Shown piece after piece: positions 19,495 to 29,620 of a stretch of 32,000 bases of DNA. Where the stretch lies: assembly GCF_000621645.1 (NCBI RefSeq), contig NZ_JHXR01000004.1, positions 30,001 to 62,000 of the forward strand, given 5' to 3'. The position numbers and the translations under genes were made by a program. The DNA comes from Vibrio cholerae ATCC 14035. GTDB taxonomy: Bacteria > Pseudomonadota > Gammaproteobacteria > Enterobacterales > Vibrionaceae. The notes beneath the pieces were generated by a model. The model saw nothing but the letters and a program-made list of their open reading frames with translations, was not told the origin of the DNA and did not search any database. The first letter of the stretch is position 1; each line of letters begins with the position of its first letter.

Positions 19495-20139
19495 TTGATT
19501 AGTGTTTTCCTTGTAGATGATCACGAGCTGGTTCGCACAGGGATACGACGTATTATTGAAGACGTCCGTGGAATGAAAGTAGCAGGGGAAGCTGACAGCG
19601 GTGAAGAAGCAGTAAAATGGTGCCGTACTAACCATGCGGATGTCATTTTAATGGATATGAACATGCCGGGTATTGGTGGCTTGGAAGCAACCAAGAAGCT
19701 GTTGCGTGTTAATCCGGACATTAAAATTATCGTATTGACGGTACATACCGAAAATCCGTTCCCAACCAAAGTGATGCAAGCGGGTGCCGCAGGTTATCTC
19801 ACGAAGGGCGCGGCACCGGATGAAATGGTCAATGCGATCCGTATCGTTCACAGCGGTCAGCGTTACATTTCTCCAGAAATTGCGCAGCAAATGGCGTTGA
19901 GTCAGTTTTCGCCCGCCTCTGAAAATCCTTTTGCTGATCTCTCCGAGCGTGAATTGCAGATCATGTTAATGATCACCAAAGGCCAGAAGGTGACGGACAT
20001 TTCCGAACAGCTCAGTTTGAGCCCGAAAACCGTCAACAGCTACCGCTACCGTTTGTTCGCCAAGCTGAATATCAACGGTGATGTGGAATTAACCCACTTA
20101 GCTATCCGACACGGGATCTTAGATACTGAGAAGTTATAG
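19495..20139 (+). CDS. varA: Response regulator VarA (UvrY/GacA orthologue), LuxR-type HTH
   Basis: Near-identical pattern to E. coli UvrY ([19 protein letters not shown]..., receiver Asp in [10 protein letters not shown]-terminal [17 protein letters not shown]). TTG start at 19495 with GGAG 8 nt upstream. The longer GTG-started ORF from 19456 has no homology support. Confidence 0.93.
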
Positions 20140-21971
20140 TGTCGACACAGTTTGATTCTGCCCCTTTTCTTAAGACAGTCACCAACCAGCCCGGCGTATA
20201 CCGAATGTATAACGCTGAGGCTGAAGTGATTTATGTCGGCAAAGCCAAAGACCTCAAAAAGCGTCTAACCAGCTATTTTCGCAAGAATCTCGACAGCGAA
20301 AAAACCAAAGCTCTCGTCAGCAACATCGCCAAGATTGACGTGACGGTCACCCACACCGAAACGGAAGCATTGATCCTTGAGCACAATTACATCAAGCAGT
20401 ATCTGCCTAAGTACAACGTGCTGCTGCGTGATGATAAGTCTTATCCCTATATTTTCTTAAGCGCGCACAAACACCCGCGACTGTCCTCACATCGTGGTGC
20501 CAAAAAACGCCGTGGTGAATATTTCGGGCCTTATCCGGATTCGGGGGCAGTGCGTGAAACTCTGCATTTGATCCAGAAAATCTTTCCCGTCCGTCAGTGT
20601 GAAGATACGGTGTACAGCAACCGTACTCGACCTTGCTTGATGTATCAGATTGGGCGCTGTGCCGGACCTTGTGTGAAAGGACTGATTTCTGACCAAGGCT
20701 ATCAAGAGATCGTCCATTACCTACGTCTTTTCCTGCAAGGCAAAGACAACCAAGTACTGTCGATTCTGGTTGAGAAAATGGAGCAGGCGAGCCGTGAACT
20801 GCGTTTTGAAGATGCCGCTAAAGCGCGTGACCAAATTCAAGCCATTCGCCGCGTACAAGAGCAGCAGTTTGTGTCGGACGACAGTTTGGAAGACTTGGAT
20901 GTGCTCGGTTTTGCACAAGAAAATGGCATTGCTTGCATCCATATTTTGATGATCCGCCAAGGCAAAGTGCTCGGCAGTCGTAGCCATTTTCCGAAAATTC
21001 CAAGTGACACCTCGCAGGTCGAAGTGTTTGAGAGCTTTTTAAGCCAATATTATTTAAGTCACAGTGAAGCTCGCAGTATTCCGGCACGGATCATTTTAAA
21101 TCGAGGATTGACCGAAGAAACCGAGGCGCTACAAATCGCGATCAGTGAACTTGCAGGGCGCAAAGTCACTTTCCATGTCAATCCTACCGGCACGCGAGGT
21201 CGTTATCTGAAACTCGCCAATACCAACGCGCTGACGGCGATCACGACTAAGATGAATCACAAGATGACCATCAGTCAGCGCTTCAAAGCCCTGCAAGAAG
21301 AGCTCGGAATGGATGCGATTACCCGCATGGAGTGTTTTGATATCTCGCATACCATGGGCGAAAGCACGATGGCCTCTTGTGTGGTGTTTAACCAAGAAGG
21401 GCCGCTAAAGCAAGAGTATCGGCGTTACAACATCACGGGCATCACTGGTGGGGATGATTACGCGGCGATGGCGCAAGTGTTGGAGCGCCGTTACAGTAAG
21501 CAGCTTGATAGCAGCAAAATTCCCGACATTATTTTTATTGATGGTGGGAAAGGGCAGCTTAATCGTGCGTACGAAATTATCTCCTCATGTTGGCAGGATT
21601 GGCCGAAGTACCCGAAGATCATCGGCATCGCCAAAGGGGTGACACGTAAACCTGGTTTAGAAACGCTGATCACTATTGATGGTGATGAGTTTCATCTGCC
21701 GAGTGATGCGCCTGCGTTGCACTTAATTCAACACATTCGGGATGAAAGCCATAACCACGCGATTGCAGGACACCGCGCGCAGCGCGGAAAAACTCGCCGT
21801 ACCAGTACACTTGAGGGTATCGAAGGCGTCGGGCCGAAACGGCGTCAAGCCTTGCTGAAATATCTGGGTGGTATGCAGGAGTTAAAACGCGCTTCTGTTG
21901 AAGAAATCGCCAAAGTGCCGGGCATCAGCCACGCATTGGCAGAAAACATTTATCAAGCATTGAAACAATAA
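20139..21971 (+). CDS. uvrC: Excinuclease ABC subunit C
   Basis: 610 aa with the GIY-YIG N-terminus ([25 protein letters not shown]) and a C-terminal HhH region. The GTG start overlaps the varA stop (TAGTG), the same uvrY-uvrC coupling seen in E. coli. Confidence 0.96.
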
Positions 21972-22018
21972 GAAAAATACAGCAACATTAACGCGCCATC
22001 GAAAAGAGCCTATACATT

Positions 22019-22576
22019 ATGCGTTTCAACATTCCTAACCTTCTCTCCTTGCTCAGATTATTTCTGATCCCCGTGTTTGTGGTGACCTTTTATCTCCCTT
22101 TTGAATGGGCTCCCTTTGTCGCCGCTATGGTGTTTTGGGTGGCTGGATTCACTGATTGGTTAGATGGAATGTTGGCGCGAAAATTAGGCCAAACCTCGCG
22201 TTTTGGTGCATTTATTGACCCAGTAGCGGATAAAGTACTGGTTGCCACGGCGCTGATTTTGATCACCGAACATTACCACAGTATCTGGATCACCATTCCT
22301 GCGGTGACCATGATCGCTCGCGAAATCATCATTTCAGCACTGCGTGAGTGGATGGCAGAAATTGGCAAACGAGCCAGTGTCGCAGTGTCATGGGTTGGCA
22401 AAGTAAAAACTCTGACTCAAATGTTTGCGCTGTGGGTACTGATCTGGCGTTATGACGACTGGATGATTTGGCTTGGCTACATTTCTATCTATGTGGCGAC
22501 TGTGCTGACCTATTGGTCAATGGTGCAATATTTGGCGGCGGCCAAAGACGACTTACTGAATGAAGAACATCACTAG
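22019..22576 (+). CDS. pgsA: CDP-diacylglycerol--glycerol-3-phosphate 3-phosphatidyltransferase
   Basis: 185-aa membrane protein with the CDP-alcohol phosphatidyltransferase motif [27 protein letters not shown]. Confidence 0.95.
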   Translation: MRFNIPNLLSLLRLFLIPVFVVTFYLPFEWAPFVAAMVFWVAGFTDWLDGMLARKLGQTSRFGAFIDPVADKVLVATALILITEHYHSIWITIPAVTMIAREIIISALREWMAEIGKRASVAVSWVGKVKTLTQMFALWVLIWRYDDWMIWLGYISIYVATVLTYWSMVQYLAAAKDDLLNEEHH

Positions 22577-22601
22577 AAAACGGGCGAAAGCCCGTTTTTT
22601 T
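22577..22601 (+). terminator. Rho-independent terminator after pgsA
   Basis: Stem AAAACGGGC / GCCCGTTTT with a GAAA loop, immediately after the stop codon and followed by a T7 run. Confidence 0.85.
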
Positions 22602-22752
22602 ATCGTTGCGCGATAGGCGAGTAAAACAAAAAAGTGAAGCTTGGGATCCAGTTATCTCTATAAATATACGGTGTTTTTTGCTAATAAAGTGAGCAAATAT
22701 CGCGTTTTTGCACGTTAAATAGTCAAACGATTAGAAAGGCCAAAAAATTGTG

Positions 22753-22780
22753 TTGACTCAATAACTCGAATGCGTAGAAT
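22753..22780 (+). promoter_or_regulatory. Sigma-70 promoter of the tRNA operon
   Basis: TTGACT (22753-22758), a 16-nt spacer, then TAGAAT (22775-22780). The upstream flank is A/T-rich (CCAAAAAATTGTG) and the discriminator is GC-rich (GCATTCCCG), as is typical of stable-RNA promoters. It lies about 50 nt before tRNA-Cys. Confidence 0.65.
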
Positions 22781-22833
22781 GCATTCCCGTAGTCAGGCAG
22801 CCACCGAAACAAGTGAAAGTCTGAAATTACAGA

Positions 22834-22907
22834 GGCGCGTTGGCAGAGTGGCCATGCAGCGGATTGCAAATCCGTGGACCTCGGTTCGACTCCGGGACGC
22901 GCCTCCA
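22834..22907 (+). tRNA. tRNA-Cys (GCA)
   Basis: Cloverleaf can be drawn by hand: acceptor GGCGCGT/ACGCGCC, anticodon loop TTGCAAA, T-loop TTCGACT, encoded CCA. Very similar to E. coli tRNA-Cys. Confidence 0.95.
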
Positions 22908-22909
22908 TT

Positions 22910-22985
22910 GCTACACTAGCTCAGTTGGTAGAGCGCAACCTTGCCAAGGTTGAGGTCACGAGTTCGAACCTCGTGTGTCGCTCCA
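22910..22985 (+). tRNA. tRNA-Gly (GCC), copy 1 (T at position 3)
   Basis: Anticodon loop TTGCCAA, D-loop AGTTGGTA, T-loop TTCGAAC, encoded CCA. Identical to copy 2 except position 3 (22912 T versus G), which gives U3:C70 in the acceptor stem. It starts 2 nt after tRNA-Cys. Confidence 0.9.
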
Positions 22986-23049
22986 AATTAAATGATATGG
23001 CGTTAAGCGGTATCACAAGATGGTGTCTTCCATCGCAAAGATTTTGCGT

Positions 23050-23136
23050 GCCCTGGTGGTGAAATCGGTAGACACAAGGGATTTAAAATCCCTCGACTTT
23101 CGAGTCGTGCCGGTTCAAGTCCGGCCCGGGGCACCA
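23050..23136 (+). tRNA. tRNA-Leu (TAA)
   Basis: Class II tRNA with a long variable arm, acceptor GCCCTGG/CCGGGGC, anticodon loop TTTAAAA and encoded CCA. Closely resembles E. coli leuZ. Confidence 0.93.
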
Positions 23137-23146
23137 TCTCCATTTC

Positions 23147-23222
23147 GCGACACTAGCTCAGTTGGTAGAGCGCAACCTTGCCAAGGTTGAGGTCACGAGT
23201 TCGAACCTCGTGTGTCGCTCCA
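23147..23222 (+). tRNA. tRNA-Gly (GCC), copy 2
   Basis: Fully paired acceptor stem GCGACAC/GTGTCGC, discriminator U73, anticodon GCC and encoded CCA. Confidence 0.95.
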
Positions 23223-23227
23223 AATCA

Positions 23228-23256
23228 GAAAGCCCGCTCATTGAGCGGGCTTTTGC
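23228..23256 (+). terminator. Rho-independent terminator of the tRNA operon
   Basis: Stem AGCCCGCTC (23231-23239) / GAGCGGGCT (23243-23251) followed by TTTTGCTTTC. Confidence 0.8.
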
Positions 23257-23468
23257 TTTCTTGATGCTTTTTCTATTCTGGTACTTTTGCACTATTTCAA
23301 CATGCTGCGCTGTGATATTTCTCGTTGATTTATTTAGCACTTGCTAACGTTTTCCGGTTTTTATGATTAAAGTCACGTCGAGTGATTCGCTTCTCGTTAC
23401 AATTGCCCTAGATTTATTAAGGAATAATCGTGAGTTAGCGGTATAGGCTAAAGAGTTGAGCGCCGAGC

Positions 23469-24587
23469 ATGCAATCATTCAAATGGGATCAATACTTCGA
23501 AACAGGATTGGAGGAGGTTGATGAGCAGCATCAATCTCTCGTCAATATCGTCAACCGCTACAGCTCTCTTTTGGCCGAAAATCATGTGTCACTAGATGAG
23601 ATCCGTCTCGCTCTGTTTGAGCTTTCTCGTTACTCTGAGTACCACTTCAAAGAAGAAGAGAAGCTCATGCGTGAGGTCGGCATTTCAGCACTTCATCTTG
23701 AAGAGCACATTCAGGTTCATCGCACGTTTATGTCTGAAGTGTTTAGCATGCAAGCTTTCATCCATGATGTGGATGACCGCTCGGCCGTTCAGTTATTGGA
23801 GTTTTTGATCCATTGGTTGGCGTACCACATCTTAGGTATCGATCAGAATATGGCGCGACAAGTGATTGCGATTCGCTCAGGCATGAGTGCCGAAGAGGCC
23901 TACGCTAAAGAGGAACGAGAGAAAAATGCCGCGACGGAGCCATTACTCAATGCCCTTAATGCGTTATTTGATCAAGTCTCTGAACGTAATCGAGAACTCG
24001 TCAAACTCAATCAATCACTGGAAGAAAAAGTGATTGAGCGCACTCAGCAGCTTTACCAAGTCAATCGTCAGCTCGAAGCGCTATCCATGACCGACAGTTT
24101 GACGGGCTTACCAAACCGCCGTAAAGCCATGCGTCAGCTTGTGTTGCATTGGAATCTTGCGCAAGACAACCAGCAGCCTTTCGTGTGTGTCATGATCGAT
24201 ATTGATGGGTTTAAAGCGGTTAATGATCATCACGGGCACGATGTAGGCGACAAAGTGTTAACCACGATAGCGAACATGCTAAGAGATCACTTTCGTAGTG
24301 ATGATCTGGTATGTCGCTTAGGTGGCGACGAGTTTCTAGTGATCTGTCCTGAAACCAACACTGCTGGTGGTGTCTATATTGCAGAGCAGGTTTGCCGTGC
24401 GATTCAACAGCAGGTGATCTCGCTTGAAAACAATATTCGTTGGCAAGGCAGTGTCAGTATGGGGGTTGCCGCGTTTGCCTCAAACATGAAAGATCACCAT
24501 GAGCTGCTGCGCGCGGCGGATCAAGCGGTTTACCTTGCCAAAAACAGCGGAAAAAATCGTGTTTGCGCTTTTGGTGCGCCGAGCTAG
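23469..24587 (+). CDS. Bacterial hemerythrin domain - coiled coil - GGDEF diguanylate cyclase
   Basis: The N-terminus has the hemerythrin di-iron ligand pattern (DEQH, EYHFKEEE, HIQVH, IHWLAYHILGID). The C-terminus has a GGDEF domain with the active-site motif RLGGDEF and an RxxD I-site (RSDD) five residues upstream. It matches my recollection of the characterised V. cholerae Bhr-DGC. Confidence 0.9.
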   Translation: MQSFKWDQYFETGLEEVDEQHQSLVNIVNRYSSLLAENHVSLDEIRLALFELSRYSEYHFKEEEKLMREVGISALHLEEHIQVHRTFMSEVFSMQAFIHDVDDRSAVQLLEFLIHWLAYHILGIDQNMARQVIAIRSGMSAEEAYAKEEREKNAATEPLLNALNALFDQVSERNRELVKLNQSLEEKVIERTQQLYQVNRQLEALSMTDSLTGLPNRRKAMRQLVLHWNLAQDNQQPFVCVMIDIDGFKAVNDHHGHDVGDKVLTTIANMLRDHFRSDDLVCRLGGDEFLVICPETNTAGGVYIAEQVCRAIQQQVISLENNIRWQGSVSMGVAAFASNMKDHHELLRAADQAVYLAKNSGKNRVCAFGAPS

Positions 24588-25069
24588 TTGAGTGATTTCA
24601 GCATCCACACGTCGCAGCCATTATGCTCTGTCCCCGCCATGGGCTGCGTTAAGTGCTCAAAACCAAGCTGTTGGTAGAGCTTGATCGCTTGAGTCATGCT
24701 AGAAAGGGTATCTAAATAACATTTGGTATAGCCTTGCTGTTTCGCAAAATTCAAACAATGTTCGCTGAGCGCCCGGCCTACGCCATGGCCGCGGCTTGTG
24801 GGGAGCAGAAACAACTTCTTCAGCTCACACAAATCCGTATGGCCAGCAAAAGGTGCAATGCCACCACCGCCGACTACCTTCCCCTCCAATAACGCAACAA
24901 AATACGCGCTACGGTCTTGCTCTCGATAGTACTGGCTCATGGCAAGCACTTCGGCATCCGATGGGCCAAACCCTTCACCAATCGCGCCAAATTCAGCGCC
25001 GACGCTTTGAATAATTTGGCAAATCTCAGCGTCAAACTCAGGTCGAATCGGTACGATTTCTACTCTCAT
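24584..25069 (-). CDS. GNAT-family N-acetyltransferase
   Basis: 161 aa with the acetyl-CoA binding motif A (LLPTSRGHGVGRAL). The substrate is not inferable from sequence. Confidence 0.8.
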   Translation of the reverse strand: MRVEIVPIRPEFDAEICQIIQSVGAEFGAIGEGFGPSDAEVLAMSQYYREQDRSAYFVALLEGKVVGGGGIAPFAGHTDLCELKKLFLLPTSRGHGVGRALSEHCLNFAKQQGYTKCYLDTLSSMTQAIKLYQQLGFEHLTQPMAGTEHNGCDVWMLKSLN

Positions 25070-25341
25070 TGATAGTCCTTTTCTGGATGAAAAATGCGAT
25101 GATGTGGGTTTTTTAGCATGTCACCGCGTACTTCTAATTAGTGGGTATTGATGTAAGACTTTTCAAGTGCATGAATAATGCCCCAATAATGCATACAGGA
25201 TAGATTTCAATTTGGCTTTAATCTTGGCTTTCGGTACTATGTACAGCTATTTGAAAACCCCAAGAATCCCTTACGGTAACACTATTGGCGGTCTTGCGAC
25301 TCCCAAAGAAACCTACTCGGGCTCCTAAAGGAAACTGCTGA

Positions 25342-26343
<1,002 letters not shown>

Positions 26344-26369
26344 TTCAGGGTTCCCAAGAGGTATATACA

Positions 26370-28757
26370 ATGAAATTCAGCGAATCATGGCTTCGTGAGT
26401 GGGTTAACCCGGCAATTACCACTGACGAATTAACTCACCAAATTACAATGGCGGGTCTGGAAGTGGATGACGTACTGGCCGTAGCTGGTGTGTTCGACGG
26501 CGTAAAAGTGGGTCACGTGGTTGAGTGTGCTCAACATCCAGATGCTGACAAACTGCGCGTCACCAAAGTCGATGTAGGCGAAGAAGAGCTTCTGGACATC
26601 GTGTGTGGTGCAGCCAACTGTCGTCAAGGTCTGAAAGTTGCGGTTGCAACCGTAGGCGCGACGCTGCCAGGCGATTTCAAGATTAAAAAAGCTAAACTGC
26701 GTGGCCAACCGTCACACGGCATGCTGTGTTCTTTCTCTGAGCTGGGTATCGATGTTGAATCGAACGGCATCATGGAACTGGCTGAAAACGCACCGATTGG
26801 TATGGATTTCCGCGATTTTCTGTCACTGAACGATGTGACTATCGATGTGGATTTGACGTCTAACCGCGCGGACTGTTTCAGCATCCGTGGTCTGGCTCGT
26901 GAAGTGGGCGTATTGAACCGTGCGGACGTGACTGCTCCTGCGGTGAATGCGATTGTAGCAACCATCAATGATACGATTTCAATTGACGTGAAAGCGCCAG
27001 CGGCGTGTCCGCGTTACCTTGGTCGTATCGTGAAGAACGTGAATGTTCAAGCGCAAACGCCACTCTGGATGCAAGAAAAACTGCGTCGTTGTGGTATCCG
27101 CTCTATCGATCCGGTGGTTGATATCACTAACTTCGTGATGCTGGAGCAAGGCCAACCAATGCACGCGTTTGATCTGGCGAAGATTGAAGGCGGAATCGTG
27201 GTTCGTCTGGCTGAGCAAGATGAAAAACTGACGCTGCTTGATGGCTCAGAAGCCAAATTAAACGCAGATACGCTAGTGATTGCTGACCAACAAAAAGCGC
27301 TGGCGATTGCTGGTGTATTCGGTGGCGAGCATTCTGGCGTCAGCACTGACACCAAAGATGTATTACTTGAGTGTGCGTTCTTCGCACCAGACCACATTCG
27401 TGGTCGTGCACGTAGCTACGGCCTACACACCGATTCTTCAATGCGTTTTGAACGTGGTGTGGATTATGCTTTGCAACACGCCGCGATGGAGCGTGCAACG
27501 CAACTGCTGGTTGAGATCTGTGGTGGTGACGTTGCGCCAGTGGTAGCTGCAGAATCTGCGGCCGATTTACCAAAACCAAACCAAGTTGCGCTGCGTCGTA
27601 GCAAGCTCGACAAACTGCTGGGTCATGCGATTCCGGATGCGGACGTCGTGGAGATTCTAGAGCGTCTAGGCATGCAGGTCGAGACCACCGCAGAAGGCTG
27701 GCAAGCGACCGCGCCAACATGGCGTTTTGATATTGCTATCGAGCAAGATCTGGTGGAAGAAGTTGGCCGTATCTATGGTTACAACAACATTCCTAATCAA
27801 GCGTCAGTGGCCGCGTTGAACATGAACCTGCACAACGAAGCGAAATTACCGCTGAAGCGTGTACGCGATCTGCTGGTTGACCGTGGTTACCAAGAAGCGA
27901 TCACCTATAGCTTCGTTGAGCCTGAGCAACAGAAACTGGTTGTACCGGGTGTTGATGCGCTGATCCTGCCAAACCCAATTTCTGCTGAAATGTCAGCGAT
28001 GCGTTTGAGCTTGATCCAAGGTCTGCTGAACACTGTGGTTCACAACCAGAAACGTCAGCAACCTCGTGTTCGTTTGTTTGAATACGGTTTGCGCTTCATT
28101 CCTGATGCGGCGGCAGAAAATGGCATGCGCCAAGAGCCTATGCTGGCGGGTGTGATCTCTGGCGCTCGTGGTGAAGAGCACTGGAATATGGAAACGGCAA
28201 CCGTTGATTTCTTCGATATGAAGGGCGATCTGGAAGCGGTTCTTGAACTGACAGCGAAAGGCAAAGCCTATAGCTTCGCAGCAACTAAGCATCCAGCGCT
28301 GCATCCAGGTCAAGCTGCAGCGATTATGGTGGATGGCAAAGCGATCGGTGTTATTGGTACGGTTCACCCAGAACTTGAGCGTAAGTTTGGCCTCAATGGT
28401 CGCACTATTGTGTTCGAGATCGAGTGGAATGCGATCAACACACGCGTGATCCCAGAAGCCGCAGCGATTTCTAAGTTCCCAGCCAACCGTCGTGATATCG
28501 CGTTGGTGGTCGATGGCAACATCGCTTCTGGCGACATCGTTGAAGCTTGCCGTGTGGCGGGTGGTGAGCTACTGAAAGACGCAAAACTGTTTGACGTTTA
28601 TGTCGGTAAAGGCGTGGAAGAAGGCAAGAAGAGCTTGGCGATTGCGCTGACGTTGCAATCGGTTGAACGCACACTTGAAGAAGCGGATATCGCAGCAGCG
28701 GTAGAGGCGATTGTGCAAGCCGTATCTGCCCAATTCGGCGCGGCTCTGCGCGACTAA
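26370..28757 (+). CDS. pheT: Phenylalanine--tRNA ligase beta subunit
   Basis: 795 aa with an N-terminal tRNA-binding (OB) domain followed by B3/4, B5 and FDX-ACB-like regions, in the order seen in E. coli PheT. It starts 26 nt after pheS. Confidence 0.97.
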   Translation: MKFSESWLREWVNPAITTDELTHQITMAGLEVDDVLAVAGVFDGVKVGHVVECAQHPDADKLRVTKVDVGEEELLDIVCGAANCRQGLKVAVATVGATLPGDFKIKKAKLRGQPSHGMLCSFSELGIDVESNGIMELAENAPIGMDFRDFLSLNDVTIDVDLTSNRADCFSIRGLAREVGVLNRADVTAPAVNAIVATINDTISIDVKAPAACPRYLGRIVKNVNVQAQTPLWMQEKLRRCGIRSIDPVVDITNFVMLEQGQPMHAFDLAKIEGGIVVRLAEQDEKLTLLDGSEAKLNADTLVIADQQKALAIAGVFGGEHSGVSTDTKDVLLECAFFAPDHIRGRARSYGLHTDSSMRFERGVDYALQHAAMERATQLLVEICGGDVAPVVAAESAADLPKPNQVALRRSKLDKLLGHAIPDADVVEILERLGMQVETTAEGWQATAPTWRFDIAIEQDLVEEVGRIYGYNNIPNQASVAALNMNLHNEAKLPLKRVRDLLVDRGYQEAITYSFVEPEQQKLVVPGVDALILPNPISAEMSAMRLSLIQGLLNTVVHNQKRQQPRVRLFEYGLRFIPDAAAENGMRQEPMLAGVISGARGEEHWNMETATVDFFDMKGDLEAVLELTAKGKAYSFAATKHPALHPGQAAAIMVDGKAIGVIGTVHPELERKFGLNGRTIVFEIEWNAINTRVIPEAAAISKFPANRRDIALVVDGNIASGDIVEACRVAGGELLKDAKLFDVYVGKGVEEGKKSLAIALTLQSVERTLEEADIAAAVEAIVQAVSAQFGAALRD

Positions 28758-28788
28758 GCTTAGGTCTATCTTCGCTTTAAATCAGATG

Positions 28789-28818
28789 AAAACAGGCTCT
28801 TCGGAGCCTGTTTTTTTA
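28789..28818 (+). terminator. Rho-independent terminator after pheT
   Basis: Stem AACAGGCTC / GAGCCTGTT with a TTCG tetraloop followed by a T7 run, about 30 nt after the pheT stop. Confidence 0.85.
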
Positions 28819-29195
28819 TCGTGATAATCTGGAACTGAGCCAACAACTCTCTGATTTTTAGATGAAACTAAGAAAAAATTTTTGGCGTATCGAAAAAAAT
28901 TATCTACGCTAAATAGTGATGAGGGTCTGAAAATCATTTTAGTGACAATGATGTAAATAACTAAAAACTCAGATTTTTTTCCTCTTGTCATCCAAGAGAG
29001 AATCAGTGATTTTTTGAAAGAGATGTAAATCGTAACGTTTTGAATCGCTTACTGAGTAATAAAAAAGTTGGCGAAAATCAGAAGGTTGGCATACACTTTC
29101 ACTATTCGGCAGTTAGGTTATTGATTGGCCGAATAAAAATTGCTTTGGCGCTGCCAACCAGCAGCAAGGTTTAACTTAGCTTTGAGGGAAGTTTT

Positions 29196-29492
29196 ATGGC
29201 GCTCACAAAGGCCGAATTGGCTGAAGCCCTGTTCGAACAGCTCGGCATGAGCAAGCGGGATGCCAAGGATACGGTTGAGGTGTTTTTTGAAGAAATTCGT
29301 AAAGCACTCGAAAGTGGCGAACAGGTAAAACTCTCCGGTTTTGGTAATTTTGACCTACGAGATAAAAATGAACGTCCGGGTCGAAACCCTAAAACCGGTG
29401 AAGATATTCCTATTACCGCTCGACGTGTCGTAACGTTCCGCCCAGGGCAAAAATTGAAAGCCCGTGTCGAGAACATCAAAGTCGAAAAATAA
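29196..29492 (+). CDS. ihfA: Integration host factor alpha subunit
   Basis: 98 aa, near-identical pattern to E. coli IhfA ([10 protein letters not shown]..., [41 protein letters not shown]). GAGGGAAG SD upstream. Confidence 0.97.
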   Translation: MALTKAELAEALFEQLGMSKRDAKDTVEVFFEEIRKALESGEQVKLSGFGNFDLRDKNERPGRNPKTGEDIPITARRVVTFRPGQKLKARVENIKVEK

Positions 29493-29503
29493 GACCGAGC
29501 AAT

Positions 29504-29532
29504 AGACCACGCCGATGAGCGTGGTCTTTTTG
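29504..29532 (+). terminator. Rho-independent terminator after ihfA
   Basis: Stem AGACCACGC / GCGTGGTCT with a 6-nt loop, followed by TTTTTGCTTT. Confidence 0.85.
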
Positions 29533-29548
29533 CTTTATCCCCATTTCA

Positions 29549-29580
29549 ATAAAAAACGCAACCGAGATGTCTAGGCTGCG
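29549..29580 (-). terminator. Rho-independent terminator after relV
   Basis: Read on the minus strand: stem CGCAGCC / GGTTGCG (one mismatch) followed by TTTTTTATT, about 40 nt past the relV stop. Confidence 0.6.
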
Positions 29581-29620
29581 TGCTTTATTTGTGCTGTCCG
29601 AAGCGGCTTGGGTCGGGTAT

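Noticed and set aside
22637-22649. Adjacent HindIII and BamHI sites (AAGCTTGGGATCC) resembling a polylinker remnant.
   Set aside because: There is no other vector-like sequence, scar or marker nearby, and the flanks are ordinary intergenic DNA between pgsA and the tRNA promoter. This is most simply a coincidence.
22723-23347. Track ORFs of 60-62 aa at 22723-22908(-), 22874-23062(+), 23158-23340(-) and 23162-23347(+).
   Set aside because: They run straight through the tRNA-Cys, Gly and Leu genes. The repeated peptide VERNLAKVEVTSSNLVCRSK is simply the translation of tRNA-Gly. They are spurious.
24584-24587. The convergent DGC and GNAT genes share a palindromic CTAG, so their TAG stop codons overlap by 4 bp.
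   Set aside because: This is real in the sequence but a trivial consequence of the CTAG palindrome. There is no hairpin or other signal suggesting regulation.
28782-28991. 69-aa minus-strand ORF in the pheT-ihfA spacer.
   Set aside because: It overlaps the pheT terminator hairpin and has a low-complexity, Lys/Phe/Ser-rich composition typical of A/T-rich non-coding DNA. It has no SD and no recognisable motif.
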